Positions 8,190 to 16,826 of a stretch of 28,275 bases of DNA are shown piece after piece; the first letter of the stretch is position 1; every line of letters begins with the position of its first letter. The notes beneath the pieces are model-generated. The model worked only from the letters and a program-made list of their open reading frames with translations. It had not been told where the DNA came from and did not search any database. The stretch comes from an uncultured Planctomycetales bacterium (GTDB taxonomy: Bacteria; Planctomycetota; Phycisphaerae; UBA1845; Fen-1342), in the NCBI GenBank assembly GCA_964602755.1, contig CAZRSM010000249.1, forward strand, positions 1 through 28,275, written 5' to 3'. A program made the position numbers and the translations under genes.

Positions 8190-9095
8190 TCAGTCGAAAC
8201 GCGCGATGCGCTTGAGTTCTTCGAGCCGCTGCTCGACGTCGGCAGCCGTGACCCTTTGCAGCGCGTCGACCGAGAAAGCCTCGATCACGAACGAGGCCAC
8301 CACCGAACCGCGGGCCATCGCCGCCCGCAACGTCTCCGGCGACGTGCTCTGCCGGGCCGCCAGATAGCCCATCATCGCGCCGGCGAAGGTGTCGCCGCAG
8401 CCGGTGGGATCGATGGTCCGCTGCGTGGGATAAGCCGGAATGACGCACAGGTCGTCGTGTGAGACCAGCAGGCTGCCGTGCTCGCCCTTCTTGATGATCA
8501 CGAACCGCGGCCCGAGCTTGAGGATCTCCAGCCCGGCGACCACCAGGTTCTGGTGTCCGGTCAGCAGCCGGGCCTCGCCCTCGTTGAGCACCAGCCCGTC
8601 GACCACCGCCAGCAGCCGCCGCAATTCGTCCGGCTCATTCTCGATCCACAGGTTCATGGTGTCGGCCACCACCAGGTCGGCGTCGGGGAACTGCCGCGCG
8701 AAGTCACGCTGGATCGCGGGGTGCGTGTTGGCCAGAAAGACGTAGTCGCTGTCGGCGAACTCCGGAGGAATGGTGGCTCCGCGCTCGGCCAGCACGTTCA
8801 GCTCGACTCCCAGCGTCTGGGCCTCGTTCATGCTGCCGGTGTACTTGCCGTGCCAGCGGAAGGTCTTGCTGCCGGACCTGATCTCGACGCCGCGCGTGTC
8901 GATCCCGCGGTCCTGGAGCGGCTTGAGCCACTGCGGGTCGAAATCGTCGCCCACCACGCCCACCAGGCGCACCGGAGTGAACAGCGAGCCGGCCAGCGAG
9001 AAATAGATGCTCGAGCCGCCCAGCACGTTTTCGGCCCTGCCGTGGGGCGTCTCAACCGTGTCGATTCCGATCGATCCTGTAACCAGCAGCGACAT
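8190..9095 (-). CDS. PfkB/ribokinase-family carbohydrate or nucleoside kinase
   Basis: MSLLVTGSIGIDTVETP, GGSSIYF, LVLNEGEA, IKKGEHGS and anion-hole motif DPTGCGDTFAG. Confidence 0.93.
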   Translation of the reverse strand: MSLLVTGSIGIDTVETPHGRAENVLGGSSIYFSLAGSLFTPVRLVGVVGDDFDPQWLKPLQDRGIDTRGVEIRSGSKTFRWHGKYTGSMNEAQTLGVELNVLAERGATIPPEFADSDYVFLANTHPAIQRDFARQFPDADLVVADTMNLWIENEPDELRRLLAVVDGLVLNEGEARLLTGHQNLVVAGLEILKLGPRFVIIKKGEHGSLLVSHDDLCVIPAYPTQRTIDPTGCGDTFAGAMMGYLAARQSTSPETLRAAMARGSVVASFVIEAFSVDALQRVTAADVEQRLEELKRIARFD

Positions 9096-9139
9096 GGCCC
9101 ACCTCGCTTTCGACGGTCCTTTGCGTTCCGGCGCGCTGC

Positions 9140-9145
9140 ACTATA
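9140..9145 (-). promoter_or_regulatory. -10 hexamer TATAGT for the pfkB gene
   Basis: Same hexamer as at the pfaD promoter, 45 nt upstream of the start. The -35 is weak. Confidence 0.4.
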
Positions 9146-9261
9146 GCGGCGGCGCCGACGAAATGGCAGCCAGGCGGCGCTCGATCGCCCGGCCACGGGC
9201 AGGTGGTTGGCCGGCGCCCGAGACCCTACAATCGCGCCGTCTACAGCGCGAGGCAAACCCC

Positions 9262-9630
9262 ATGAACGACAATCAGACCACCATCAGCGAGCTGCGCCGC
9301 CTGGTCACCGAGTTCGTCGCCCAGCGCCGCTGGGAGAAGTATCACGACGCCAAGAACCTCTCGATGGCCGTCGCCATCGAGGCCGCCGAGCTGATGGAGC
9401 ACTTCCAGTGGGCCCGCAGCGAGGAGCTGGACGAGCTGCTGGCCGATCCCGACCTGCGGGCACGAGTCACCGACGAAGTGGCCGACATCGCCTGCTTCAC
9501 GCTGGCGCTGGCGATCACGCTCGATATAGATCTGGCGGCGGCGATCGAGCAGAAGATGCGCAAGAACGCCCTCAAGTACCCGGCCGAGCAGTTTCAGGGC
9601 CACTACTACAAGCCCACCGACCAGCAGTAA
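9262..9630 (+). CDS. MazG-like nucleotide pyrophosphohydrolase (dCTP pyrophosphatase-like)
   Basis: FVAQRRWEKYHDAKNLSMAVAIEAAELMEHFQW ... DEVADI ... KMRKNALKYP. Start at ATG 9262, with TACAAT at 9227-9232 upstream. Confidence 0.92.
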   Translation: MNDNQTTISELRRLVTEFVAQRRWEKYHDAKNLSMAVAIEAAELMEHFQWARSEELDELLADPDLRARVTDEVADIACFTLALAITLDIDLAAAIEQKMRKNALKYPAEQFQGHYYKPTDQQ

Positions 9631-9644
9631 TCACACCAGCAGGT

Positions 9645-10217
9645 TCAGGCCGACGAACGCGGCCCGGCCGCCGGCCGCTCGATCGGCAACCGGCCGGCCT
9701 CGTAGGCGCCCCGCAGCCGCTCGTAGGCTCCCTGGTAGGCCACGAACCGGGCGTGATACTCGGCCCGGGCCGCCTGGTCGGGCGCCCGGTCGGGATGCCA
9801 GCGCAGCGACACGCGCCGCCAGGCCGTCTTGAGCTGCTCGAAATTCGCCGAGCCGTCCAGCCCGAACAGGGCCAGAGCTTCGAGATCTTCGAGGCTGGCT
9901 GCCCGCCGACGGATCTGCTCGGCGATCTGCTCCTGCTGGCCGCGCTCGGCGCTGCGGAACCACTGCCAGTCCCATACGTCCGGCAGCATGGCTCCGAAGC
10001 TGGTTCCCAGCACCGACATGGCCCGTGTGAAGGGACGCCCGCGCAGCCGCAGCAGCGTATCGAGCAGCAGACCGCCCGCCGCCGCCACCTTGCCGCCCAC
10101 TGCGGCGGCCTTACGGCGTTGCTCGGCCCGCTGGTCGCGCAGCAGCGGCTCGACGTCCTGCCGCCAGACGCGGTGCAGGAACGCTGCCAGGGCCTCGTTT
10201 TCGCCGTTAGCTGCCAT
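9645..10217 (-). CDS. C-terminal J-domain (DnaJ-type) co-chaperone
   Basis: LKTAWRRVSLRWHPDR ... FVAYQGAYERL: intact HPD motif and helix pattern at the C-terminus. Confidence 0.85.
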   Translation of the reverse strand: MAANGENEALAAFLHRVWRQDVEPLLRDQRAEQRRKAAAVGGKVAAAGGLLLDTLLRLRGRPFTRAMSVLGTSFGAMLPDVWDWQWFRSAERGQQEQIAEQIRRRAASLEDLEALALFGLDGSANFEQLKTAWRRVSLRWHPDRAPDQAARAEYHARFVAYQGAYERLRGAYEAGRLPIERPAAGPRSSA

Positions 10218-10250
10218 TCAAACCGCCAGGACGCCTGGGGTGCAGGCGAT

Positions 10251-10511
10251 TACAGGCCAGCCCCGCTTGCCCATGTGAACACAAGCCGGCACCGCAGCCC
10301 ATCGTCCCCCCTCCCAGGGGGGACTTACAGGGGGGTCGGAGCCGGCGAATGCGCGCCGCCGACGGACAGCCACCTCGATTGCCATGGGCAAGCGCCAGCT
10401 TGCCAGTGCGCAACGACAACTCGCCATTCGGCATTTGCCCTTCTTCATTCGCAGCCCTTCGTCACTTGCAGGCTCGACCCTCCCCCTGGCCCCTCCCTGC
10501 CAGGTAGGGGA
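10251..10511. repeat. Composite REP-like repeat cluster
   Basis: 12-bp perfect inverted repeat CGCTTGCCCATG (10264-10275) / CATGGGCAAGCG (10383-10394). Two opposed C/G-tract hairpins (10306-10337 and 10476-10511). Degenerate heptamers CATTCGG-CATTTGC-CCTTCTT-CATTCGC at about 10425-10452. Confidence 0.65.
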
Positions 10512-10571
10512 TTTTCGCAGTACCCGCGCCGGGCGCCGACAGCCGCGCCGGCCGCCTTCGCCCCGCCGTTC

Positions 10572-11393
10572 TCATCCGCCGCGGGTGTAGTACCACGCCA
10601 GCACGGCCAGGCCCAGCGCCACGCGGTAGATCGCAAACGGCGTGAAGCGCCGCTTGCGGACATATTGCATGAACATGGCCACCACCGCCAGCGCTACGCC
10701 GAAGGCCACCGCGGTGCCCAGCCCCACGACGGCGGCGTTCTCGCGCGTCAGGTCCCCGTGGTATTTGAGCAGACGATAGCCGCCGGCGGCCAGCATGGTT
10801 GGAATCGCGAGATAGAACGAGAACTCGGTCGCCACGCGCGGCCGCATGCCCAGCACCATGCCACCCATAATGGTAGCGGCCGAGCGCGAAGTGCCGGGCC
10901 ACATCGCCAGGCACTGGATCAGCCCCACCAGCAGGGCCTGGCGCAGGTTGACCTGGTCGATGCTCTCGATCGGCCCCGTGCGCCAACGCCGGTCGATAAA
11001 CAGAATCGCCCCGGCCCCTACTATCAGGGCGGCGGCGGTGGCCGGCGGCCCGGTACGCGGGTTCTCGAAGTGCGCCTCCATGAAGTCGTTGAGCAGCAGC
11101 CCCAGGAGCACGGTCGGCACCATCGCCACGCCCAGCTTGACCAGCAGATGTTGGTGCCATCCGCCGGCCGGCCGGCTCAGCACCCGGCGCAGCAGATCGC
11201 GCCAGAAGTAGACCACCACCGCCAGGATCGCTCCCAGTTGGCTCACGTAGAGAAACACGCGCCAGGTGGGCTCCTGGGGGTCGATGCCCAGCAGCGGCTG
11301 CGCGATGATCATGTGGCCGGTGCTCGAGATGGGCAGGAACTCGGTCAGCCCCTCGATCACGCCCATTATGACGGATTGCAGGTACTGTCCCAC
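10572..11393 (-). CDS. uppP: Undecaprenyl-diphosphate phosphatase
   Basis: GVIEGLTEFLPISSTGH, QLGAILAV, PGTSRSAATI, EFSFYLAIPT. GTG start with a GAGG RBS. Confidence 0.96.
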   Translation of the reverse strand: MGQYLQSVIMGVIEGLTEFLPISSTGHMIIAQPLLGIDPQEPTWRVFLYVSQLGAILAVVVYFWRDLLRRVLSRPAGGWHQHLLVKLGVAMVPTVLLGLLLNDFMEAHFENPRTGPPATAAALIVGAGAILFIDRRWRTGPIESIDQVNLRQALLVGLIQCLAMWPGTSRSAATIMGGMVLGMRPRVATEFSFYLAIPTMLAAGGYRLLKYHGDLTRENAAVVGLGTAVAFGVALAVVAMFMQYVRKRRFTPFAIYRVALGLAVLAWYYTRGG

Positions 11394-11432
11394 TTGCTAC
11401 CTCACGGGCCGCGGCGGCGGCCGGCCGCGGTT

Positions 11433-11969
11433 TCAGCCCAGGCCCAGCCAGCTCGCCAGCGGCAGCCAGCGCCAGGCCAGTTGCCCCACCAGCAGCGCGT
11501 AGAGGCCGGCCACCAGGTCGTCGCACAACACGCCCCAGCCGGCCGGCAACGATTCGAGCTGACGGGCCGGGGGAGGTTTGATGATGTCCATGACCCGAAA
11601 CAGGACGAACTGGCCGCACACGACCGCCGCCAGGCCGAGCCAGCCCGTCTGCGCCGCCGCCGGCAGCCACAGCAGCGCCACCCACTGGCCGGCGAATTCG
11701 TCGAGCACGAATTGGCGGGGGTCTTTGCGCTCCCAGCGGTCGATGGCCCACTGGCCCCACAGTCCGGACAGCCACGAGGCCAGCGCGATGCCGACGATCA
11801 CCAGGGCGTCGATCAGGTGGGCCGGGGCGGAGAAGCGCTCGAGCAGCCACCACAGCAGCACGAACAGCCCCGCCGCCGCCGCCGAGCCCCAGGTTCCCGG
11901 CGCGGGCCGCAGGTGCCCGGTCCCGAGCACGGTGATGCAGGCCTCGCGCAGCAGGTGCGGCCGGCTCAC
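11433..11969 (-). CDS. pgpA: Phosphatidylglycerophosphatase A
   Basis: GHLRPAPGTWGS, KDPRQFVLDEFAGQ, FRVMDIIKP, GVLCDDLVAG. The GTG start at 11969 overlaps the pgsA stop (GTGA). Confidence 0.93.
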   Translation of the reverse strand: MSRPHLLREACITVLGTGHLRPAPGTWGSAAAAGLFVLLWWLLERFSAPAHLIDALVIVGIALASWLSGLWGQWAIDRWERKDPRQFVLDEFAGQWVALLWLPAAAQTGWLGLAAVVCGQFVLFRVMDIIKPPPARQLESLPAGWGVLCDDLVAGLYALLVGQLAWRWLPLASWLGLG

Positions 11970-12616
11970 GGGCGCCTCTCCGGCTCGTCGGTCGAACGGG
12001 CGCCGCTGGCCCCCAGGGCGTCGGCCGAGAGCACGAAGCGCCGGGCGCGGCTGACATAAGATATTGTGGACAAGGCCGTTACGCCGACGGTCAACCACAC
12101 GCAGGCGATTCGCAGCCACGCCAGCGTCTCGGGATACCACGCCAGCACGCCCAGGATGACGCACACCGAGGCCGACTGGACGAACATCTTGGCCTTGCCG
12201 ACCCAGTTGGCCGCGAAGCTGCTGCCGCCGGCTTCGCTGAAGCTGCGAATCGCCGAGACCAGCAGCTCGCGCAGCAGGATCAGCACCACCATCCACGGCT
12301 CGACACCGGTGATGTTGCGGCCGCTGTTGGGGTCGTAGAACAGGTCGCTGGCAAAGAATATGAAAGCCCCGCACACGATGACCTTGTCGACCACCGGATC
12401 GCAGATGCGGCCGAAGGAGGTCACCTGTTGCCAGGTGCGGGCCAGGTAGCCGTCGACGATGTCGGACAGCACGGCAACCAGGAAAACCCAGAACGCGATC
12501 TCGAGCAGCACGTCGGCGCGCGGGCTGTTCGGGCGGTAGAAGCTCAGCAGCCCGAAGAAGACCAGCGCCAGCGCCAGTCTGCCGAGCGTGATCTGGTTGG
12601 GGATGTTGATCCTCAT
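11966..12616 (-). CDS. pgsA: CDP-diacylglycerol--glycerol-3-phosphate 3-phosphatidyltransferase
   Basis: NIPNQITLGRL and the CDP-alcohol phosphatidyltransferase motif SDIVDGYLAR...TSFGRICDPVVDK, plus RELLVSAIR and GKAKM. Start at ATG 12616. Confidence 0.93.
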   Translation of the reverse strand: MRINIPNQITLGRLALALVFFGLLSFYRPNSPRADVLLEIAFWVFLVAVLSDIVDGYLARTWQQVTSFGRICDPVVDKVIVCGAFIFFASDLFYDPNSGRNITGVEPWMVVLILLRELLVSAIRSFSEAGGSSFAANWVGKAKMFVQSASVCVILGVLAWYPETLAWLRIACVWLTVGVTALSTISYVSRARRFVLSADALGASGARSTDEPERRP

Positions 12617-12713
12617 GGTCTCTCTGGCCGCAACCGCCGCGGTGCAGGCCGCGGCCCGAACGGAGCTGCCCGACTTGGGCCGAACTCTCTGGCGGAATCC
12701 CACGCTTCGTGAA

Positions 12714-12742
12714 AGTTTAGTGCGCCGCCGCCCGCGGCGGAA
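12714..12742 (-). promoter_or_regulatory. Possible promoter TTCCGC-N17-TAAACT for pgsA-pgpA-uppP
   Basis: Good -10, weak -35, 17-bp spacing. Confidence 0.4.
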
Positions 12743-12781
12743 GCGGACCCGCGGGCCAGGCGCCTGACGGCGCGAGCCGAT

Positions 12782-13264
12782 ATTCATCCCGATCTGCTGC
12801 TACTGCTGGAGCAGTTCGCGGGCGTAGATGTGGTGTTCCACGGCCACGACCACCTTTTCGCCAAGCAGGAGCTGGACGGAATCGTTTACCTGACGTGCCC
12901 CCAGCCGGGCGACGCCGAGTATTCCTACGGCTTCCTGCCGCAATCCGGCTACAGCTTCGGCACGATCCTGCCCAACTCCGGACACGTGGAAGTGAGCGTC
13001 GACTCCGAGCGCGTGCGGGTCGACTACGTGCGGTCCCGCCTGCCAGGCGACGGGCCGAACGGAGAGGTGGCCTGTTCGTTCTACCTGGGTCTGTCAGGCG
13101 ACCTCGACCACGACGGGCGCGTCGACCTGGCCGACCTGGCTCAGTGGTTCACCGCCGGACGCCGCGGCGACCGCGCCGCCGACCTCGACGCCGACGGCGA
13201 CGCGGACCACGACGACCTGATGGCGTTGCTGGCCAACTACGGCAGGGACATTACCGGGCCCTGA
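12782..13264 (+). pseudogene. 5'-truncated calcineurin-like metallophosphoesterase remnant with a C-terminal dockerin-like domain
   Basis: IHPDLLLLLEQFAGVDVVFHGHDHLFAKQELDGIVY...ILPNSGHVEVSV...VDYVRS carries only the last (GHxH) motif. There is an in-frame stop at 12710 and no room for the N-terminal motifs before pgsA. Paired GDLDxDG repeats follow. Confidence 0.7.
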
Positions 13265-13303
13265 AGCCGCATCGAACGCCGCCGCCCTGCCTGGAATCAA
13301 ACG

Positions 13304-13331
13304 GGAAATAAACCCGGTCACCCCTCGAATA
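13304..13331 (+). promoter_or_regulatory. Possible ECF-sigma-type promoter GGAAAT-N16-CGAATA
   Basis: Resembles an ECF -35/-10 pair, 50 nt upstream of the 13382 start. Not validated. Confidence 0.3.
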
Positions 13332-13381
13332 CCAGCCTTGGGAACGGGTCGACCAACGCGTGACGAACGAAAGGAGAACCC

Positions 13382-15061
13382 ATGCGAAGGCTGCTGAGCG
13401 CGGGGCTGGCGGCGTTGTGCCTGACTGGTACCACACTGGCCGGAGACTGGTACATCGGGGCCGCCGACCCCAACGAACTGGCCGTTATCGACACCGACAC
13501 TTACGTCGACGGCGACATCTACCTGGTCAATCACGGACGGCTGCTGGTCGTCAACGACGCCGTGCTGACGGTTGCCGGCAACGTCGTCCTGCTCGACGAT
13601 GCCGCCCTGGGCATCCAGCAGGCCGGCCTGCGTTTTCCGCAACCCTACTCCTATGCCAGCGCGGTGATGGCCCTGGGCCGGGCTACGGTCTACCTGGCAG
13701 ACGCGGTGGTGGACAGCAACTATCAGAGCTGCACGTTCGTCCTGGCCGAGTCGGCCCAGGCCTACTTCGAGCGCGTGGTGGTCGACCCGGGATTCATCAC
13801 CTGGGGACTGCATGACACTGCCAGCGCCACGCTGACCGACTGCACCAACGCCGGCGAGTTTCTCCAGATGGGCGCCAACCAACTGCTGATCAGCGGCTGC
13901 GATTCGGTGCTGTTCTGGCTGACGCTGCCCGACGGGGCCACGGTGGACGTAACCCTGCCGCCGCCCGGCGACGTGGCCGGGTTCTCTATCGACCCCACCA
14001 CCCCCTGGGCCAGCGGCATTCCGTATACCTTCCAGATGATCAACTGCACCAACGTCAACTGGGCCAGCATGGCCCGCAGCGGCTCCAGGGCAATTTATCG
14101 CGACAGCGAGCTGCTGGTCAGCGGCGTGATCTTCGAGCGTGACGACCAGGTCGAAGTCGCGGGGCTGAGCAACCACGTCACCCTGGTCGATCGACAGTTC
14201 CAGTGGGGCGACGTGAACCTGCACTTCGTCAACACCCGCGTCGGCGCCTGGAACTACTACGTCCAGGGCCAGACGCACCTGACACTGCGCTCCTGCGTCT
14301 TCGGCGAGATCGGCGTCGAACAGCAGGGGCAGGCCGAGGTGATCGAGTCACTCTGCGACGGCGCCGGCGGCCACATCTTCGCCAACGACGAGGGCCAGAT
14401 CGTGCTCTTCCGCAGCACCAACCTCTCGCAGACGCTGGCCGGCGGACAGGCGGTGATCGTCGCCGCCAACACTGCCCTGCTGGACCAGCGTACCATCGCC
14501 CGCGACAACGGCACGCTGCTGCTGGTCAACACGGCCACCGTCGGGCAGCCCCAGGCCCTGGACGCCGCCAACATCGTGCGGGCGGAGATCGAGCCGGTCT
14601 CGGCCACCAGCGGCGAGACGGTGGTGATCCGCGGCACGGCCGAGCTGCTGCCCGGTCCGCAGAGCGGCGTCGAAATCGTGGGCTACGAACTGGACTGGGG
14701 CGGCGGCCATGAGCCGACCGTCTGGACCCCCATCGCCTACGGCCTGCACGAAGTCCCCCCCGGCGGCGAGCTGGGCGTCTGGGAAACCTGCGGCCGCGTA
14801 CCGGGCGTCTACACCACCCGCCTGCGCGTGCTGGTCGGCGATGAGCCGATCGACGCCTACGCCGTCAACACCATCATCGAGCCGCCGGGCGGCGTGTGCC
14901 TCGGCGACCTCAATTGCGACGGCGGGGTGTTCCTCAGCGACCTGTCCATACTGCTCTCCGGCTACGCCGTCGACGGCAGCGGCGACCTCGACGGCGACGG
15001 CGACACCGACCTGACGGACCTGTCGCTGATCATGGCCAACTGGGAAAACATCTGCCACTGA
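13382..15061 (+). CDS. Secreted hypothetical protein: beta-helix-like region, Ig-like module and C-terminal dockerin-like domain
   Basis: Signal peptide MRRLLSAGLAALCLTGTTLA; repetitive beta-strand pattern; YELDWGGG...W...GELGVWET...GVYTTRLRV module; GDLNCDG and GDLDGDG repeats. AAGGAG RBS. Confidence 0.85.
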   Translation: MRRLLSAGLAALCLTGTTLAGDWYIGAADPNELAVIDTDTYVDGDIYLVNHGRLLVVNDAVLTVAGNVVLLDDAALGIQQAGLRFPQPYSYASAVMALGRATVYLADAVVDSNYQSCTFVLAESAQAYFERVVVDPGFITWGLHDTASATLTDCTNAGEFLQMGANQLLISGCDSVLFWLTLPDGATVDVTLPPPGDVAGFSIDPTTPWASGIPYTFQMINCTNVNWASMARSGSRAIYRDSELLVSGVIFERDDQVEVAGLSNHVTLVDRQFQWGDVNLHFVNTRVGAWNYYVQGQTHLTLRSCVFGEIGVEQQGQAEVIESLCDGAGGHIFANDEGQIVLFRSTNLSQTLAGGQAVIVAANTALLDQRTIARDNGTLLLVNTATVGQPQALDAANIVRAEIEPVSATSGETVVIRGTAELLPGPQSGVEIVGYELDWGGGHEPTVWTPIAYGLHEVPPGGELGVWETCGRVPGVYTTRLRVLVGDEPIDAYAVNTIIEPPGGVCLGDLNCDGGVFLSDLSILLSGYAVDGSGDLDGDGDTDLTDLSLIMANWENICH

Positions 15062-15082
15062 TACGCTGCTCCCGCTTCCCGT

Positions 15083-15131
15083 CAGCAAACCCCGGCGACC
15101 GGCCTCGCGGCCCGTCGTCGGGGTTTCGCTG
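15083..15131. terminator. Long hairpin between convergent genes (likely bidirectional terminator)
   Basis: CAGC-AAACCCCGGCGAC / GTCGTCGGGGTTT-c-GCTG stem with an inner GGCC-TCGC-GGCC hairpin. Confidence 0.7.
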
Positions 15132-15146
15132 GCGCCTGCGGCTGCG

Positions 15147-15168
15147 CCCCCTGTCCGAGAGGGAGGGG
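15147..15168. repeat. REP-like hairpin CCCCCTGTCC-GAGA-GGGAGGGG
   Basis: Same C-tract/G-tract hairpin style as the copies at 10306 and 10476. Confidence 0.45.
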
Positions 15169-15176
15169 CCGTGACG

Positions 15177-16826
15177 CTACTTCTTGGTGGCCATGATCAT
15201 CAGGGCCGCGTTGTTGCCGTTTTTCTGGGCGGCGATGTCGATCTTGTACTCGGTGACGGTCGCGGTAGAGCCGTCGGAGAGCGTCACCGTATCAGGGAAC
15301 ATCTCCTTGGGCAGCGTCACCGTGTAGGTGTTGTCGGCCGACAGGCTGCCCAGCGCGCTGGCCGAGACCTCGTAGACCTGGCGGCCCGCATCGAAGCCCG
15401 CCGGCGGGCTCGACCACGTAGCCGAACCGTCCACGTCGAGCTGGCTGGTGCCGGCGATGTAGAAGATCTCGAAGAAGTAGTCGAGGCCGGTGATGTAGGC
15501 GCCGGTATCGTCCGTCGGGGGCTGGAACTCGAGCACGAGATCCTGGCTGCCGTCGAACTGGATCCCGGAACCGGGTGCAAACTCCGTCAACGCACCGCTG
15601 TCCCCGTACTGGATCAGGCGCGGAATGTTGGTGAAGACGTAGTTGATCATGCTCCAGCAGGTCTGCGCGCTGCCGTCGTCGAAGTGAACCTGGATCACGA
15701 ACATGTCACCAGCGCTGATCGTGGTGTTGGGCAGGACGAACGCCTGGAAGCGGTCGCCGGCGTCGTCGAAGGCATAACCCGAATCCGACCACAGGCTGCC
15801 CGTGCCGAGCACGGTCATCGAACTCATATACGACGGCCCGGGGTGCTCGAGCGCCTCCACCGCGGTGATCGCGGGCGTGTGGCCGGGGTCCTCGACCACT
15901 TCGAAGGTGATGACCGTGGTGTTGGCGATGGCGCCTTCGCGGTCGGCGGTCGTGCCGCTGTAGAAGGTGTCCGCGTCCTGCTCGGCGACCTTGAGATTCA
16001 TGAAGAAGTTGAGGCGGAAACCGTCCGTCACGCCGGCGTCGTCACCCGCGTCGTCGTCGAAGTCGTCCACCGTACCGTCGCCGTCGTTGTCCGCGTCGAT
16101 GAAATCGGGCAGGCCGTCCCGGTCGCGGTCGAGGGCCTGGCGCGGATCGTCGCTGGGCGTACCCTGGGCCAGGGCACCCTTGCCGAGGCTCGGCACACCC
16201 ACCGGCACGCCCGCGTCGTCGAGCCGCGCGGTCACGTCAGCGGCGACCATGTCCTGACCATTGAAGCCCTTGCCGGGCTGGATCGGAGCGGAGGTCGGAT
16301 CGTCAGGCAGGTCGACTTCGCCCAGCGAGAGCGGCCCATCGAGGTCGGCGGCGATGTGCCCCTCGTCGCCGGACTGCTCGAGCACGACCGGCCCGAGCGG
16401 GCGGCCGTTGGGGTCGAGGATCGCCACCACGAAGCCGTGGCCCTGCTCGTCCGCCGGAATCGGCAGCTCGAACAGGCCGTTGGGGTCGGTCTGGGCGGAG
16501 TAGATCTCCCTGGTCTCGACGCTCTGGGCGGCGACGGTGAAGCTGGCATCGGCCGCCTGCCAGCTCCGGCGGGCCTTGGCGGTGGCCGGGGCGACGATGC
16601 GCCCCTGGATGGACAGTCCTTCGTTGGACGTGCCGCCGTCGATGCCGGCGCCGTCCTGGTCTCCGCTGGTGTCACTGCCGTCGGTGTTGGTCACGTCGGA
16701 ACCGTCGCCCGAGTCGATGCCGGTGACGTCGGACAGCGAGCTGATATCGGGATTGCATCCGTTGAGGGTAAGCAGGAGGCCGGCGAGAACCAGAGCCGAG
16801 AGGCCAAGTCGCATTGCCTGGGACAT
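15177..16826 (-). CDS. Hypothetical lipoprotein with Ca-binding DxDxDG repeats
   Basis: Start at ATG 16826 with a GGAG RBS; lipobox LNGC; D/G/S/T-rich tether; transthyretin/carboxypeptidase-regulatory-like segment (QTDPNGLFELP); DRDRDGLPDFIDADNDGDGTVDDFD. Confidence 0.85.
   Translation of the reverse strand: MSQAMRLGLSALVLAGLLLTLNGCNPDISSLSDVTGIDSGDGSDVTNTDGSDTSGDQDGAGIDGGTSNEGLSIQGRIVAPATAKARRSWQAADASFTVAAQSVETREIYSAQTDPNGLFELPIPADEQGHGFVVAILDPNGRPLGPVVLEQSGDEGHIAADLDGPLSLGEVDLPDDPTSAPIQPGKGFNGQDMVAADVTARLDDAGVPVGVPSLGKGALAQGTPSDDPRQALDRDRDGLPDFIDADNDGDGTVDDFDDDAGDDAGVTDGFRLNFFMNLKVAEQDADTFYSGTTADREGAIANTTVITFEVVEDPGHTPAITAVEALEHPGPSYMSSMTVLGTGSLWSDSGYAFDDAGDRFQAFVLPNTTISAGDMFVIQVHFDDGSAQTCWSMINYVFTNIPRLIQYGDSGALTEFAPGSGIQFDGSQDLVLEFQPPTDDTGAYITGLDYFFEIFYIAGTSQLDVDGSATWSSPPAGFDAGRQVYEVSASALGSLSADNTYTVTLPKEMFPDTVTLSDGSTATVTEYKIDIAAQKNGNNAALMIMATKK

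Noticed and set aside
10264-10394. 131-bp segment as a defined MITE
   Set aside because: The terminal inverted repeats are real, but no target-site duplication sits flush with both ends; kept only as REP-like.
9207-12059. 950-aa plus-strand ORF
   Set aside because: Antisense to the J-domain gene, uppP and pgpA, and it runs through the repeat cluster; a typical high-GC shadow ORF.
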